Assembly (NCBI GenBank): GCA_963754315.1
Contig: CAVWFS010000014.1
Location: 1-64,000 of the forward strand
DNA: 64,000 bases
Origin: an uncultured Candidatus Rokubacteria bacterium
GTDB lineage: Bacteria; Methylomirabilota; Methylomirabilia; Rokubacteriales; CSP1-6
Direction of reading: 5' to 3'
The position numbers and the translations under genes are program-made. Below the pieces are notes generated by a model, which was not told the DNA's origin, did no database searches, and was given only the letters and a program-made list of their open reading frames with translations. Below are positions 29,982 through 38,960 of this stretch, piece by piece. The first letter of the stretch is position 1. Each line of letters opens with the position of its first letter.

Positions 29982-30905
29982 ATGAGGCAGATTGCGGTAG
30001 CGTTGGCAGCCGTCCTCCTGGCGAGCGTGACTGGAACCGGCCGCCCCGCCGGGCAGGAACGGGTCATCAAGGGCGCCGATGGGGCGGAGATGGTGCTGGT
30101 ACCGGCTGGCCCCTTTCTGATGGGAAGCCCCGCACAGGATATCGCACGGGGCGTCGACGAGTGCCGCAAGCGCGCCAAGCCGGAGAACGAGCCCAAGTGC
30201 GAGGCTTGGTTCCAGTCGGAAGGCCCCCAGCACCAGGTCGTGCTGGATAGCTTCTACATCGACCGCCACGAGGTCACCAATGCCCAGTTCGAGAAGTTCG
30301 TGGCGGCCACTCGCTATCGAACCGCGGCCGAGAACGACGGCTACGGATGGTCTCATCAGGAGGCGGACGGTCGGTGGCAGTGGAAGAAGATCGCCGGGGC
30401 GACGTGGCGCACTCCGGGCGGCCCGGGAACGTCGGCTCCGCCCACGCACCCGGTGGTTCAAGTCTCCTGGGCCGACGCCGACGCCTACTGTCGCTGGGCC
30501 GGAGAGCGGCTTCCCACGGAGGCTGAATGGGAAAAGGCCGGGCGCGGAACGGATGGGCGGCGCTACCCCTGGGGTAACGAGTGGGATCCCTCCCGTGCCA
30601 ATGCGCGCCGAATGGCAAAGGGAACGACGGCGGTAGGAACCTACCCGCCGGGGGCCAGCGTTTACGACGTTCACGACATGGCCGGTAACGTGTGGGAGTG
30701 GACCGCCGACTGGTACGCGGCGGACTACTATGGCAAGTCGCCCGACCGAAATCCGAAGGGTCCCGCGGCCGGAGATCATCGGGTCCTGCGCGGTGGCTCC
30801 TGGCTCAACGAGCCGTTCTTTCTCGGACTCGCCCACCGACTGAACGGGAAGGCCGAGTCTCGTGCCGCGAACGTCGGGTTCCGTTGCGCCAAGAGCCTGG
30901 ATTAA
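29982..30905 (+). CDS. Secreted FGE-sulfatase (SUMF1/EgtB/PvdO-fold) domain protein
   Basis: Signal peptide; FLMGS, EVTNAQF, HPVVQVSW, RLPTEAEWE, DMAGNVWEW, RGGSW, GFRC. Confidence 0.92.
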   Translation: MRQIAVALAAVLLASVTGTGRPAGQERVIKGADGAEMVLVPAGPFLMGSPAQDIARGVDECRKRAKPENEPKCEAWFQSEGPQHQVVLDSFYIDRHEVTNAQFEKFVAATRYRTAAENDGYGWSHQEADGRWQWKKIAGATWRTPGGPGTSAPPTHPVVQVSWADADAYCRWAGERLPTEAEWEKAGRGTDGRRYPWGNEWDPSRANARRMAKGTTAVGTYPPGASVYDVHDMAGNVWEWTADWYAADYYGKSPDRNPKGPAAGDHRVLRGGSWLNEPFFLGLAHRLNGKAESRAANVGFRCAKSLD

Positions 30906-30909
30906 CCTC

Positions 30910-30981
30910 ATGGGGGGCCTCGACGGCCCCCCAAACCCCCCGACGCTCGGGGCACCCCGGGGGACCCGGGGCACCCCTCGG
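30910..30981 (+). repeat. Intergenic palindromic repeat family, copy 2
   Basis: ATGGGGGGCCTCGACGGCCCCCCAAACCCCCCGACGCTCGGGGCACCCCGGGGGACCCGGGGCACCCCTCG. Confidence 0.8.
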
Positions 30982-31032
30982 GAGTACGCTAGCGGTTGGG
31001 GACTCTCGCCGACGACGAGCAAGGAGGTAGCG

Positions 31033-32118
31033 ATGGACTACGGGTTGTTCACGATGCCGTCACATCCGCCCGAGCGAAGCCTTTACGATGGGCATCGATG
31101 GGATCTCCAGCAGCTGCGCTGGGCCGACGAGCTCGGCTTCAGCGAGGCGTGGATCGGCGAGCACCACACGGCCCCGTGGGAACCCCACCCGGCGCCCGAT
31201 CTCCTCGTGGCGCAGGCTCTCTTGCAGACCGAGCGAATGCGCATCGGCCCTGGTGGCTTTCTCATGCCTTACCACCACCCCGCTGAGCTCGCCAACCGAG
31301 TGGCCATGCTCGATCATCTCGCCCAGGGGCGGCTCAACTTCGGCGTGGCGGCGAGCGGGCTGCCGAGCGACTGGGCGATGTTCAACGTGGACGGCAACGC
31401 TGGCCAGCATCGCGAGATGACGCGGGAGGCGCTCGATATCGTCCTGCGCCTCTGGAGCGACGAGCCCGAGTTCGACTTCAAGGGCAAGTACTGGCACGTT
31501 TCGAAGACCGCCACCATGCTCGACACGCTTCGGCCTCACATCGTGCCCCTCCAGAAGCCCCACCCGCCCATCGGCGTGGCCGGCGTGAGCAAGGGTTCCG
31601 ATACGCTGAAGCTGGCGGGAGAGCGGGGCTTCTGGCCGATGAGCCTGAATCTCAGCCCCGCCTACGTGGCCAGCCACTGGGAGTCGGTCGAGGTGGGAGC
31701 GGCCCGCAGCGGCCGGACCCCGAAGCGCTCGGACTGGCGCCTCGTACGCGAGGTATTCGTGGCGGATACCGATGCCGAGGCCATGCGACTGTCCGCGGGC
31801 GGGATGATGGGCCGCATGATGCGGGAGTACTTCCTGCCCCTGCTCGCCTCCTTCCAGTTCACGGATTTTCTCAAGCACCGCCCCGACGTGCCGGATTCCG
31901 ATGTCACGCCCGAGTACTGCGCCAAGCACAACTGGCTGGTAGGGTCGCCCCGGACCGTCGCCGAAAAGCTCCAGGGTATCTACGACGAAGTGGGCGGATT
32001 CGGGTCCCTCCTGCTCTTCTGCTTCGACTACTCCGAGAATCCCGCTGCCTGGCGCCACTCCATGGAATTGCTCGCCAAAGAAGTCATGCCCCAATTCCGC
32101 GGTCTGGTGCCGAAATAA
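31033..32118 (+). CDS. LLM-class flavin-dependent monooxygenase
   Basis: EAWIGEHHTAPWE, PYHHP, LDHLAQGR, PLQKPHPPI; AAGGAGGT RBS. Confidence 0.92.
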   Translation: MDYGLFTMPSHPPERSLYDGHRWDLQQLRWADELGFSEAWIGEHHTAPWEPHPAPDLLVAQALLQTERMRIGPGGFLMPYHHPAELANRVAMLDHLAQGRLNFGVAASGLPSDWAMFNVDGNAGQHREMTREALDIVLRLWSDEPEFDFKGKYWHVSKTATMLDTLRPHIVPLQKPHPPIGVAGVSKGSDTLKLAGERGFWPMSLNLSPAYVASHWESVEVGAARSGRTPKRSDWRLVREVFVADTDAEAMRLSAGGMMGRMMREYFLPLLASFQFTDFLKHRPDVPDSDVTPEYCAKHNWLVGSPRTVAEKLQGIYDEVGGFGSLLLFCFDYSENPAAWRHSMELLAKEVMPQFRGLVPK

Positions 32119-32154
32119 CACGCGCTCAGGCATGGAGGTCGCGGCGTCGGCCGT

Positions 32155-32190
32155 CTCCCAGCCCGGACCAGCACCCGTCCGGGCTGGGAG
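32155..32190. terminator. 14-bp hairpin between convergent genes
   Basis: CTCCCAGCCCGGAC-N8-GTCCGGGCTGGGAG. Confidence 0.65.
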
Positions 32191-32499
32191 CCATTTGACC
32201 TCACGCCCTACTCGACTTTGATGCCCACGCCGGTCACGTTACGCCCCGGTCCTGCAAACGGATCAGTGACCACTGTGCGGATTTCCTTGCCCTCTTTGAC
32301 CACGACGAGGCGTAGGGCGTACGCGATCGCCGGCGAGAGGACGAAGGCGCTGAAGATCCTCCAGGGGGTCTGACGGCATTGTCCCGTCGACGCTACGTGT
32401 CTCCGTTCGACCTGGCCGTCGTCCAGGCGGGGCTCGGCGACCTGCGTTCTGATCCGCGCTGGCAGGACCTCGTACGACGTATCGGTCTTCGCTGACCGT

Positions 32500-33519
32500 C
32501 TACTGAAAGATCTCGTTGAAGCGGGTCTTGAGGGTCTTCCCGTCCTTCTCGATCTGGTCGTAGTCGACGGCCATGAGCTTGATCTGGGCGAGCGGGGGGT
32601 TGCCCGGAGGCGGCTCGACGTCGGAGCGCGCCGCATAGATTCCCTCGCCGGGGAAGAGCCTCTGCACGGTGTCGCCGATCATGAATTCGGCGAGGGCCTT
32701 GGCCGCGTTGGGGTGCGGCCCTCCCTTGATGATCGCGGTCGGCGCCGGAATGGCGAAGGCTCCGTCGGCGGGAAAGATGGTCTGGACCTTGTGCCCCGCC
32801 TTGCGGTCGACCCAGGCGTACTGGTCCGCGCCTTCGGCCGCGATCAAACGTTCGCCGCGCGTGAGCGTTTCCGACACCTGCTGGTGTCCCTGCACGATCA
32901 TGATCTCGTTGGCGCGGAGCTTCTGGTAGAACTCCCAGCCGTACTTCTGCGACAAGGTGCCCACCACCATCAGCTGGATGGCCGTGTACGACGGATCGGG
33001 CATGACCATGAGTCCCTTGAAGCGGGGACTGGTCAAGTCTGTCCACGTCCGTGGCAGCTCGAGACTCTTGTCCGTCCGGGCGATGATGCCTACCAGGTTC
33101 AGGCGCTGAGCGATGTGGTAGCCCTTGGGGTCCTTGACCTCGTCCCGGACCTTGTCGAAGTTCCGGGGTCGAAAGGGCACGAACAGGTCGCGCTTAATCA
33201 ATGCCCCGGCCGCGGCCGGGTCCGAGACCGTCAGCACGTCGGCCACCACCCGCCGCGCATCGATTTCCTGCAGGAAGCGTCGGAGGACGGCCGACCCCCC
33301 CGAGCGGAATAGCTCCACCCGGATACCGGTCTCTTGCTGGAAGAGATTGGCGATCTTCTGAGCGACCTCGACCGGGGTGGACGTGTACCAGGTGACCGCA
33401 CCTTCCTTCTTGGCGGCCGCTAGATCGACGCGGTCGGGCGTGAAGGGCGGCGTCTGAGCCGCGGCGGAAGCCGCCAGAGCGAGCAGGGCCACGCCGAGCA
33501 AGATCTTCGTCCAAGGCAT
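32500..33519 (-). CDS. ABC transporter extracellular solute-binding protein (Fe3+/thiamine-like family)
   Basis: Signal peptide; AAKKEGAVTWYTS, PRTWTDL, PHPNAAKALAEF. Confidence 0.9.
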   Translation of the reverse strand: MPWTKILLGVALLALAASAAAQTPPFTPDRVDLAAAKKEGAVTWYTSTPVEVAQKIANLFQQETGIRVELFRSGGSAVLRRFLQEIDARRVVADVLTVSDPAAAGALIKRDLFVPFRPRNFDKVRDEVKDPKGYHIAQRLNLVGIIARTDKSLELPRTWTDLTSPRFKGLMVMPDPSYTAIQLMVVGTLSQKYGWEFYQKLRANEIMIVQGHQQVSETLTRGERLIAAEGADQYAWVDRKAGHKVQTIFPADGAFAIPAPTAIIKGGPHPNAAKALAEFMIGDTVQRLFPGEGIYAARSDVEPPPGNPPLAQIKLMAVDYDQIEKDGKTLKTRFNEIFQ

Positions 33520-33530
33520 GCGGTGGTCTC

Positions 33531-34448
33531 TCATGCGCCCCGGTAGATCGGGGCGGGCTGGCTGAAGAAACTGTGCAGGATGTGGTAGGCGATCCGGAAG
33601 TTTGTCTGCTGAAAACTGGCGTGGGCGATACCGGCCATGACGGCAAACTGCTTGTCCGGGTTGGGCAGACGGGTGAAGAATTCGAGGAGGTCCGCGAAGC
33701 CTGCGATACCGTCGTATTGTCCGCGCATGACGATGGTGGGGACCGTGATGCGGGCCGGGTCGACCACGGGGAGCTTCGCGCACATATCGACATACGTGCC
33801 CGTCGGGACCGAATCATCCAGAGCGAGGATGGCGTCGGCGAACGCTTCGACCACCTCGGCGTCGGCCGTCCCCGGGTGGTCGCGGGTGAAGATGCTGCGA
33901 ACGAAGGCGCGGTCGATGGGGCGGCGGTTCCGGCTCTGGAACTCGGCCAAACGTTTGCGGCGCTCGGCCAAAGTCGGGCTCCCCTGCCCGGTCCACACAA
34001 AGGCGTCCAGGGCCAAGCGTCGGACACGCTCCGGCCGGCGTTCGGTGAAGAGGGCCGCCCGCAGCGCGCCCGACGAGACACCGTACACCAGGAGCGATTC
34101 GACACCGCGGGTCTGGGCGATGTAGTCCGTGGCCGCTTCCAGATCGTCGGCGCCGTTGGCGATATCCGCGTTGATCGCGCGATGCTTGTCCGAGCGCCCG
34201 TACCCTTCCATGTCGAGGCACCAGGTGTCGTAGCCGAACCGCGTGAAGTAGTCCATGGCCGAGGCGTCTGGGTGGCCTGGAATCTGAAGATCGAAGGTGG
34301 GCTGGGAGGCCATCGAAGAGCCGTGTACAAAGAGGATGGCGCCACGGGGCCCCGGTGACGTCCCGGCCGCCTTCTCCCAGAGAAATAGACGAACGGGCCC
34401 CTTCTTGACCCAGTGCTCGCGACCAGTGATAGCCGGCTCCGCCGTCAT
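33531..34448 (-). CDS. Alpha/beta-fold hydrolase
   Basis: ILFVHGSS, DMEGYGRS, GVSSG nucleophile elbow, RGQYD, GIAH. Confidence 0.9.
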   Translation of the reverse strand: MTAEPAITGREHWVKKGPVRLFLWEKAAGTSPGPRGAILFVHGSSMASQPTFDLQIPGHPDASAMDYFTRFGYDTWCLDMEGYGRSDKHRAINADIANGADDLEAATDYIAQTRGVESLLVYGVSSGALRAALFTERRPERVRRLALDAFVWTGQGSPTLAERRKRLAEFQSRNRRPIDRAFVRSIFTRDHPGTADAEVVEAFADAILALDDSVPTGTYVDMCAKLPVVDPARITVPTIVMRGQYDGIAGFADLLEFFTRLPNPDKQFAVMAGIAHASFQQTNFRIAYHILHSFFSQPAPIYRGA

Positions 34449-34559
34449 GGGCAACGGACCCCCTCGTGAGAATTCACCGTCGTTACGATCCCAAACCCTA
34501 CGCGGAGACTTGCCACGTTGTCAAAGCAACGGCCAGGCGGCGGGAGTAGGATTGGAGGC

Positions 34560-35492
34560 GTGCAGGCACGAATCCTGGTCGGCACCATCGATGGACTCTG
34601 GAGCCTGAGTCCCGACGCCTCGGTCAACCGGGAGACCTTGGCCGGTCGGCCTCTGACTGCGCTCGCCGGCGAGGGCACCCGGACTTGGGCCATCGTGGAG
34701 GGCCAGGGCATCTGGACCACGGGAGCCGATGGTCGGTGGGAAGAGACGGTGGTCGCCGATGGATGGCCCGCCACCTGCCTGGCGGCGGCTGCGTCAGGAC
34801 TCTTCATCGGGACCGAGCAGGCTCATCTCCTGAAGTTCGCCGATAGCCACCTCGAGTCGGTCAAGGCGTTCGAAGAGGTGGAAGGGCGCGAGACCTGGTA
34901 CACCCCCTGGGGTGACCCGGCCGACGTCCGCTCCATCACCGTCGATCCGGCAGGTAGCCTGTTCGTGAACGTGCACGTGGGAGGCGTCGTGCGTTCTCGC
35001 GATGAGGGCCGCACCTGGTCGCCCATGCTCGACATCGAGGTCGACGTTCACCAAGTGCTGGCCGACCCGGGCCGCCCAGGATTGGTGTTGGCGGCAGCGG
35101 CGGTCGGCCTCGGTGTGAGCCGAGATGGCGGCCAGTCCTGGGACTTCGCGACCGCCGGCCTCCATGCTCGTTACCTGCGTGCAGTGGCCGTCTCTGGCGG
35201 GACCATGCTGGTAGCGGTGTCGACGGGCCCGGGTGGTCGGCGCGCGGCTCTGTACCGCCGTCCGATCGACGGCGACGAGCCGTTCGAGCGATGCCGAGTC
35301 GGCCTGCCCGAGTGGTTCGGCGACAACATCGATACCGGCTGCCTGGCCGCCGCGGGTGGCACGGTCGTCGCTGGCACCAACGACGGCCGGGTGTTCATAT
35401 CGCACGACGCGGGGGCCACCTGGACCCTCGCCGCGAAGGGGCTTCCCGCAGTTCATTGCGTCCACGTAAGGCAAGGGAGCCATACCGCATGA
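34560..35492 (+). CDS. BNR/Asp-box repeat beta-propeller protein
   Basis: SRDEGRTW, SRDGGQSW and SHDAGATW Asp-boxes. Confidence 0.85.
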   Translation: MQARILVGTIDGLWSLSPDASVNRETLAGRPLTALAGEGTRTWAIVEGQGIWTTGADGRWEETVVADGWPATCLAAAASGLFIGTEQAHLLKFADSHLESVKAFEEVEGRETWYTPWGDPADVRSITVDPAGSLFVNVHVGGVVRSRDEGRTWSPMLDIEVDVHQVLADPGRPGLVLAAAAVGLGVSRDGGQSWDFATAGLHARYLRAVAVSGGTMLVAVSTGPGGRRAALYRRPIDGDEPFERCRVGLPEWFGDNIDTGCLAAAGGTVVAGTNDGRVFISHDAGATWTLAAKGLPAVHCVHVRQGSHTA

Positions 35493-36331
35493 GACTCGTA
35501 CGCTATGGACGAGCCGGAAGCGAGAAACCCGGCCTTGTCGACGAGGACGGGACTCTACGCGATCTCTCACGCGTGGTGAAGGACATCACGGCGGATGTGC
35601 TTTCCCCGTCCGGTCTCAGGCGATTGCGGGCCACGAGGAGGGAGCGGCTTCCCGTGGTGCGCGGCCGGCCGCGACTCGGCTGCCCGCTCAGCGGCATCGG
35701 AAAGGTCGTCTGCATCGGCCTCAACTACACGGACCACGCGCGTGAGGTCAGTCTTCCGCTGCCGCAGGAGCCCCTGCTCTTCATCAAGGCCAACAGCGCC
35801 ATCAGTGGCCCCGGCGATCCCATCGTCCGTCCGCGCGACGCCGTCAAGCTCGACTACGAGGTCGAGTTGGGCGCCGTCATCGGGCGGGACGCGCGAAACG
35901 TTGACCTTACCGACGCCCTCAAGTACGTCGCCGCCTATTGCATCGTCAACGATGTCTCCGAGCGTGCCTTCCAGATGGAGCACGGCGGCACGACCACGAA
36001 GGGTAAGAGCGCGGACACGTTCGCGCCCATCGGTCCGTGGTTGGTCACCGCCGACGAGGTGGGCGACCCCCAAGCCCTGGACGTCTGGACCACGGTCAAC
36101 GGCGAATCCCGCCAGCGCGGGAACACCGCCAACATGATCTTCACGGTGCGCCAGCTGGTCGCCTACGTCAGCCGGTTCATGTCGCTGCGGGCGGGAGACA
36201 TCATCTCCACGGGAACGCCGGCCGGCGTCGCCCATGGCATGAAGCCGCCGCGCTACCTCGAGCCCGGCGACGTGGTGGAGATGGGCATCACCAAGCTCGG
36301 TGTGCAGCGAAACCGCATCGTGGGTCGCTGA
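35489..36331 (+). CDS. Fumarylacetoacetate hydrolase-family protein
   Basis: CIGLNYTDH, DYEVELG, NDVSER, KGKSADTF, TGTPAGV. Confidence 0.93.
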   Translation: MRLVRYGRAGSEKPGLVDEDGTLRDLSRVVKDITADVLSPSGLRRLRATRRERLPVVRGRPRLGCPLSGIGKVVCIGLNYTDHAREVSLPLPQEPLLFIKANSAISGPGDPIVRPRDAVKLDYEVELGAVIGRDARNVDLTDALKYVAAYCIVNDVSERAFQMEHGGTTTKGKSADTFAPIGPWLVTADEVGDPQALDVWTTVNGESRQRGNTANMIFTVRQLVAYVSRFMSLRAGDIISTGTPAGVAHGMKPPRYLEPGDVVEMGITKLGVQRNRIVGR

Positions 36332-36409
36332 GGGTCTCGCGCAGATCGGCTGTTGCCTCGACCGCAGTCATCGCGGTCGTCGACATGAGCCTCACCGATT
36401 GAGGTCGGC

Positions 36410-36920
36410 TCAGGCGGTCGGCCCCGACAGCAACCGTTCCATCACGATGACATCCACCCATCGACCGTCGAGTTCCCCCTGCTCGCGATAGGTCCCCACC
36501 GTGCGGAAGCCCAAGCGCTCGTAGAGAGCCATCCCGGCGCGGTTGAAGGGGAAGGCGGCCAGCACCAGCTTGTGGTAGCCGAGGGGCCGCGCCCCATCGG
36601 CCAGGTGGGCGAGCAGGCGTCTGCCGACGCCACGCCCTCGCCAGCTGCGTTCCACGTAGACCGATACGTCGGCCACGTGGCGGTACGCCGGCCGTGTGTT
36701 GAAGACGTTGAGACTCGCCCAACCGACGACGACTCCGTCCACCTCTGCCACGAACACCGGGTGGCGGGGCCCGCGCGCCGCAAGCCACTCGCGCCGCTCA
36801 GCAGGCGTCCGCCGCTCGGTCTCGAGCGTGGCCAGGCGGTCCTCGATACCCTGGTTGTAGATCGTGCAGATGAGCTCGGCGTCCTCCAGGCGTGGCTGGT
36901 CGTACGTGTAGGCCGTTCAT
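36410..36920 (-). CDS. ArsN1/phosphinothricin-type GNAT N-acetyltransferase (frameshift ~36890)
   Basis: ATG 36920 MNGLHVRPAT, one extra base, then LEDAELICTIYNQGIEDRLATLETE...SVYVERSWRGRGVG...LYERLGFRTVG. Confidence 0.85.
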
Positions 36921-37099
36921 GGCATCAGTGTCTGTCAAGTCGGTCCATCAGCCGCATGAATTGTCATGATCCAAACGATGAGCGATCCTTTGAAATCGCG
37001 ATGCGTTGATTGGGACGCGCCCAAAACGCGCCACAAGTAGTTGAGTTCTGCCTCGATCTGGAGCGGCGGACTCATGTAGAACCTGTGTCCCCTGGGGGT

Positions 37100-37906
37100 C
37101 TAGTTGATACAAACGCCAAAGAACACGTACTTACACCCGAAAGACGGGGGCAGGATCGGTGGCGCAGGGGGGGGAGGAGGAGGCACATCGCCTCCCCCTG
37201 CGCCACCACCACCACCGCCGCCACCGCCGCCACCGGCAAGCTGCTGCTCCAGGGCGCGAATACGCGCCTCCAACGCAGCGATAGTCGCGCTCTGCAACAC
37301 GCCCTGGATTCGCACCACACCTGCGCTGGGGGAGTCAATGGATCCGCCACTGGTCCATACGAGACGACCTGCGGGCGATCCCGTCGTAAGCAACGCGAAT
37401 CCATTGTCCACGGTGGCCTGCGTAACGTTCAGGAGATAACTGAAGTGTCCGGGACCGGACGTAGTGAAAAAGATCCCTTCCGTCGCACCTTCTCCGGTCG
37501 CCGCCACTTCAATATTTCGGCAGACCGCGTTGTCTGCGGGACACGTCACCTGGCCATTCAATGCGCTGATCGGCCCCGTCGCGCCGGCGGTCCCGATCGC
37601 GTGTCCGTGCACGGCGCGCACGCTCCCAGGACCGGTCGTCGTGACATTCCCGATCAACGCCCGGACCGCCGAGGAGTCGACCGTGCTGACCCCCCATCCG
37701 CTGGGGGCCGCATTGACAAGGTCAAACCGGATCCCGTACAGATTGCCCTCGTCCCCAGACAAGGTGCCGCTCAGATGGATCAGTTCGTACTGGTTGTTGG
37801 GGAACGGGCCAGGAACAAACCCTCCGGCATCGAGGAGCACGTCGACAGGATCCGCCTGCGCCATGGTCACCGAGGCGAGCAGCAATGCCGCGACAATCGT
37901 TTTCAC
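37100..37906 (-). CDS. Orphan secreted protein with beta-rich body, coiled coil, poly-Gly/poly-Pro linker and C-terminal Cys pair
   Basis: GTG start, VKTIVAALLLASVTMAQA signal; ...IAALEARIRALEQQLA-G11-AGGGDV-P6...FGCKYVFFGVCIN*. Confidence 0.7.
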   Translation of the reverse strand: MKTIVAALLLASVTMAQADPVDVLLDAGGFVPGPFPNNQYELIHLSGTLSGDEGNLYGIRFDLVNAAPSGWGVSTVDSSAVRALIGNVTTTGPGSVRAVHGHAIGTAGATGPISALNGQVTCPADNAVCRNIEVAATGEGATEGIFFTTSGPGHFSYLLNVTQATVDNGFALLTTGSPAGRLVWTSGGSIDSPSAGVVRIQGVLQSATIAALEARIRALEQQLAGGGGGGGGGGGAGGGDVPPPPPPAPPILPPSFGCKYVFFGVCIN

Positions 37907-38209
37907 GATCACCGTGCCAGCGCGTGGGCCAGGAGAAGCTCCCACGACTTTAGTTCCAAGAATCCCACACGCGATCATCACGGCCATTCTCATATCCAGG
38001 CCCCTCCCCCTTATCGCCTTGCTGAATGACGTCGCGGTGCCGCTCGATCGCCGCAGCAATCGCATGTCTTGCGAGATCAGAACGCTTTTGGGGCCAAACC
38101 GGAAACAACGCGGCGCCACCCGGACTACACGGGGCGCCTGGTTCCTGTGGAAATCCCGTGGACCCGATTCTTGAGTCCCCGATTATTCGGAGTGTTACGG
38201 TGAGCTTGC

Positions 38210-38241
38210 GCACAAGGGTGAGTATGCACAAGGGTGAGTAT
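38210..38241. repeat. Exact 16-bp tandem duplication
   Basis: GCACAAGGGTGAGTAT x2. Confidence 0.9.
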
Positions 38242-38446
38242 GTAGTAGGACACCCTACCGTAGTTTTGCCCCTGATGCGTCAAACAAATTTCTCCCATGT
38301 ACCACATGGGCACATGGGCTGCGCCCACGAGCGCCCTGGCCCCTTATAGGGCGCAGTGTTAGGCGGGGACTGTGAATACCCCCCAATCCCCGCCAACCAG
38401 CCCCGGGCTGGTATAGTCCACACATTCTGCCTTTCAAGGAGCGCTC

Positions 38447-38797
38447 ATGAGGATCCACAACTTGTACACCGATGCGAGCGGTCAGTCGCACTTCCGGGAC
38501 GTCCAGGTCGAGTGGGCGGAAGAGACGCGAAGCGGGAAGCTATCCAAACGCTTGCCGGCGACCGGCATCATCTTTCGCGAGGTGCCGCCGACCTACGACC
38601 TCGACTGGCATCCGGCTCCCCGGCGCCAGTACATCATCAATCTCGACGCCGGCGTGCAGATCACGGCCAGCGACGGCGAGAGCCGCGTCATCGGCCCCGG
38701 CGAGGTGATCCTGGTCGAGGACACGACGGGCAAGGGACATCTCTCCAAGGCCGTTGACGGCAAGCTCCGCCACTGCATCTTCGTCCCTGTCGATTGA
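38447..38797 (+). CDS. Cupin-like small protein
   Basis: DWHPAPRRQYII...GEVILVEDTTGKGH; AAGGAG RBS. Confidence 0.8.
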   Translation: MRIHNLYTDASGQSHFRDVQVEWAEETRSGKLSKRLPATGIIFREVPPTYDLDWHPAPRRQYIINLDAGVQITASDGESRVIGPGEVILVEDTTGKGHLSKAVDGKLRHCIFVPVD

Positions 38798-38819
38798 GGC
38801 AGAGGTTGAGCTAGCTACT

Positions 38820-38960
38820 CCCCCCGGGGTGCCCGAGCGTGGGGGGTATGGGGGGCCATGTCGGGGCCCCGCGAGCGCGCGTGCGACCGAGGGGCGCCCC
38901 GGGTTCCCCGGGGTGCCCCGAGCGCTTGGGGGTATGGGGGGCCATGTCGGGGCCCCCCAT
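38820..38960 (-). repeat. Intergenic palindromic repeat family, copy 3 (about 1.7 tandem units)
   Basis: Reverse complement is ATGGGGGGCCCCGACATGGCCCCCCATACCCCCAAGCGCTCGGGGCACCCCGGGGAACCCGGGGCGCCCCTCGG...GGGGCCCCGACATGGCCCCCCATACCCCCCACGCTCGGGCACCCCGGGGGG. Confidence 0.85.

Noticed and set aside
29982..30905. Active formylglycine-generating enzyme
   Set aside because: It lacks the catalytic Cys pair after RGGS (reads RGGSWLNEPFF), and no sulfatase is adjacent.
32208..32636. 142-aa minus-strand ORF after the solute-binding protein
   Set aside because: It overlaps the SBP gene out of frame, has no convincing start and matches no recognisable family. At most a remnant.
36410..36920. ArsN1-like GNAT as a resistance gene for the RiPP/GS-like locus
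   Set aside because: It is about 11 kb away with unrelated genes in between, and the family is widespread.
38210..38241. CRISPR array
   Set aside because: Only two abutting 16-mers, with no spacers and no cas genes. The palindromic repeats elsewhere are dispersed, not arrayed.
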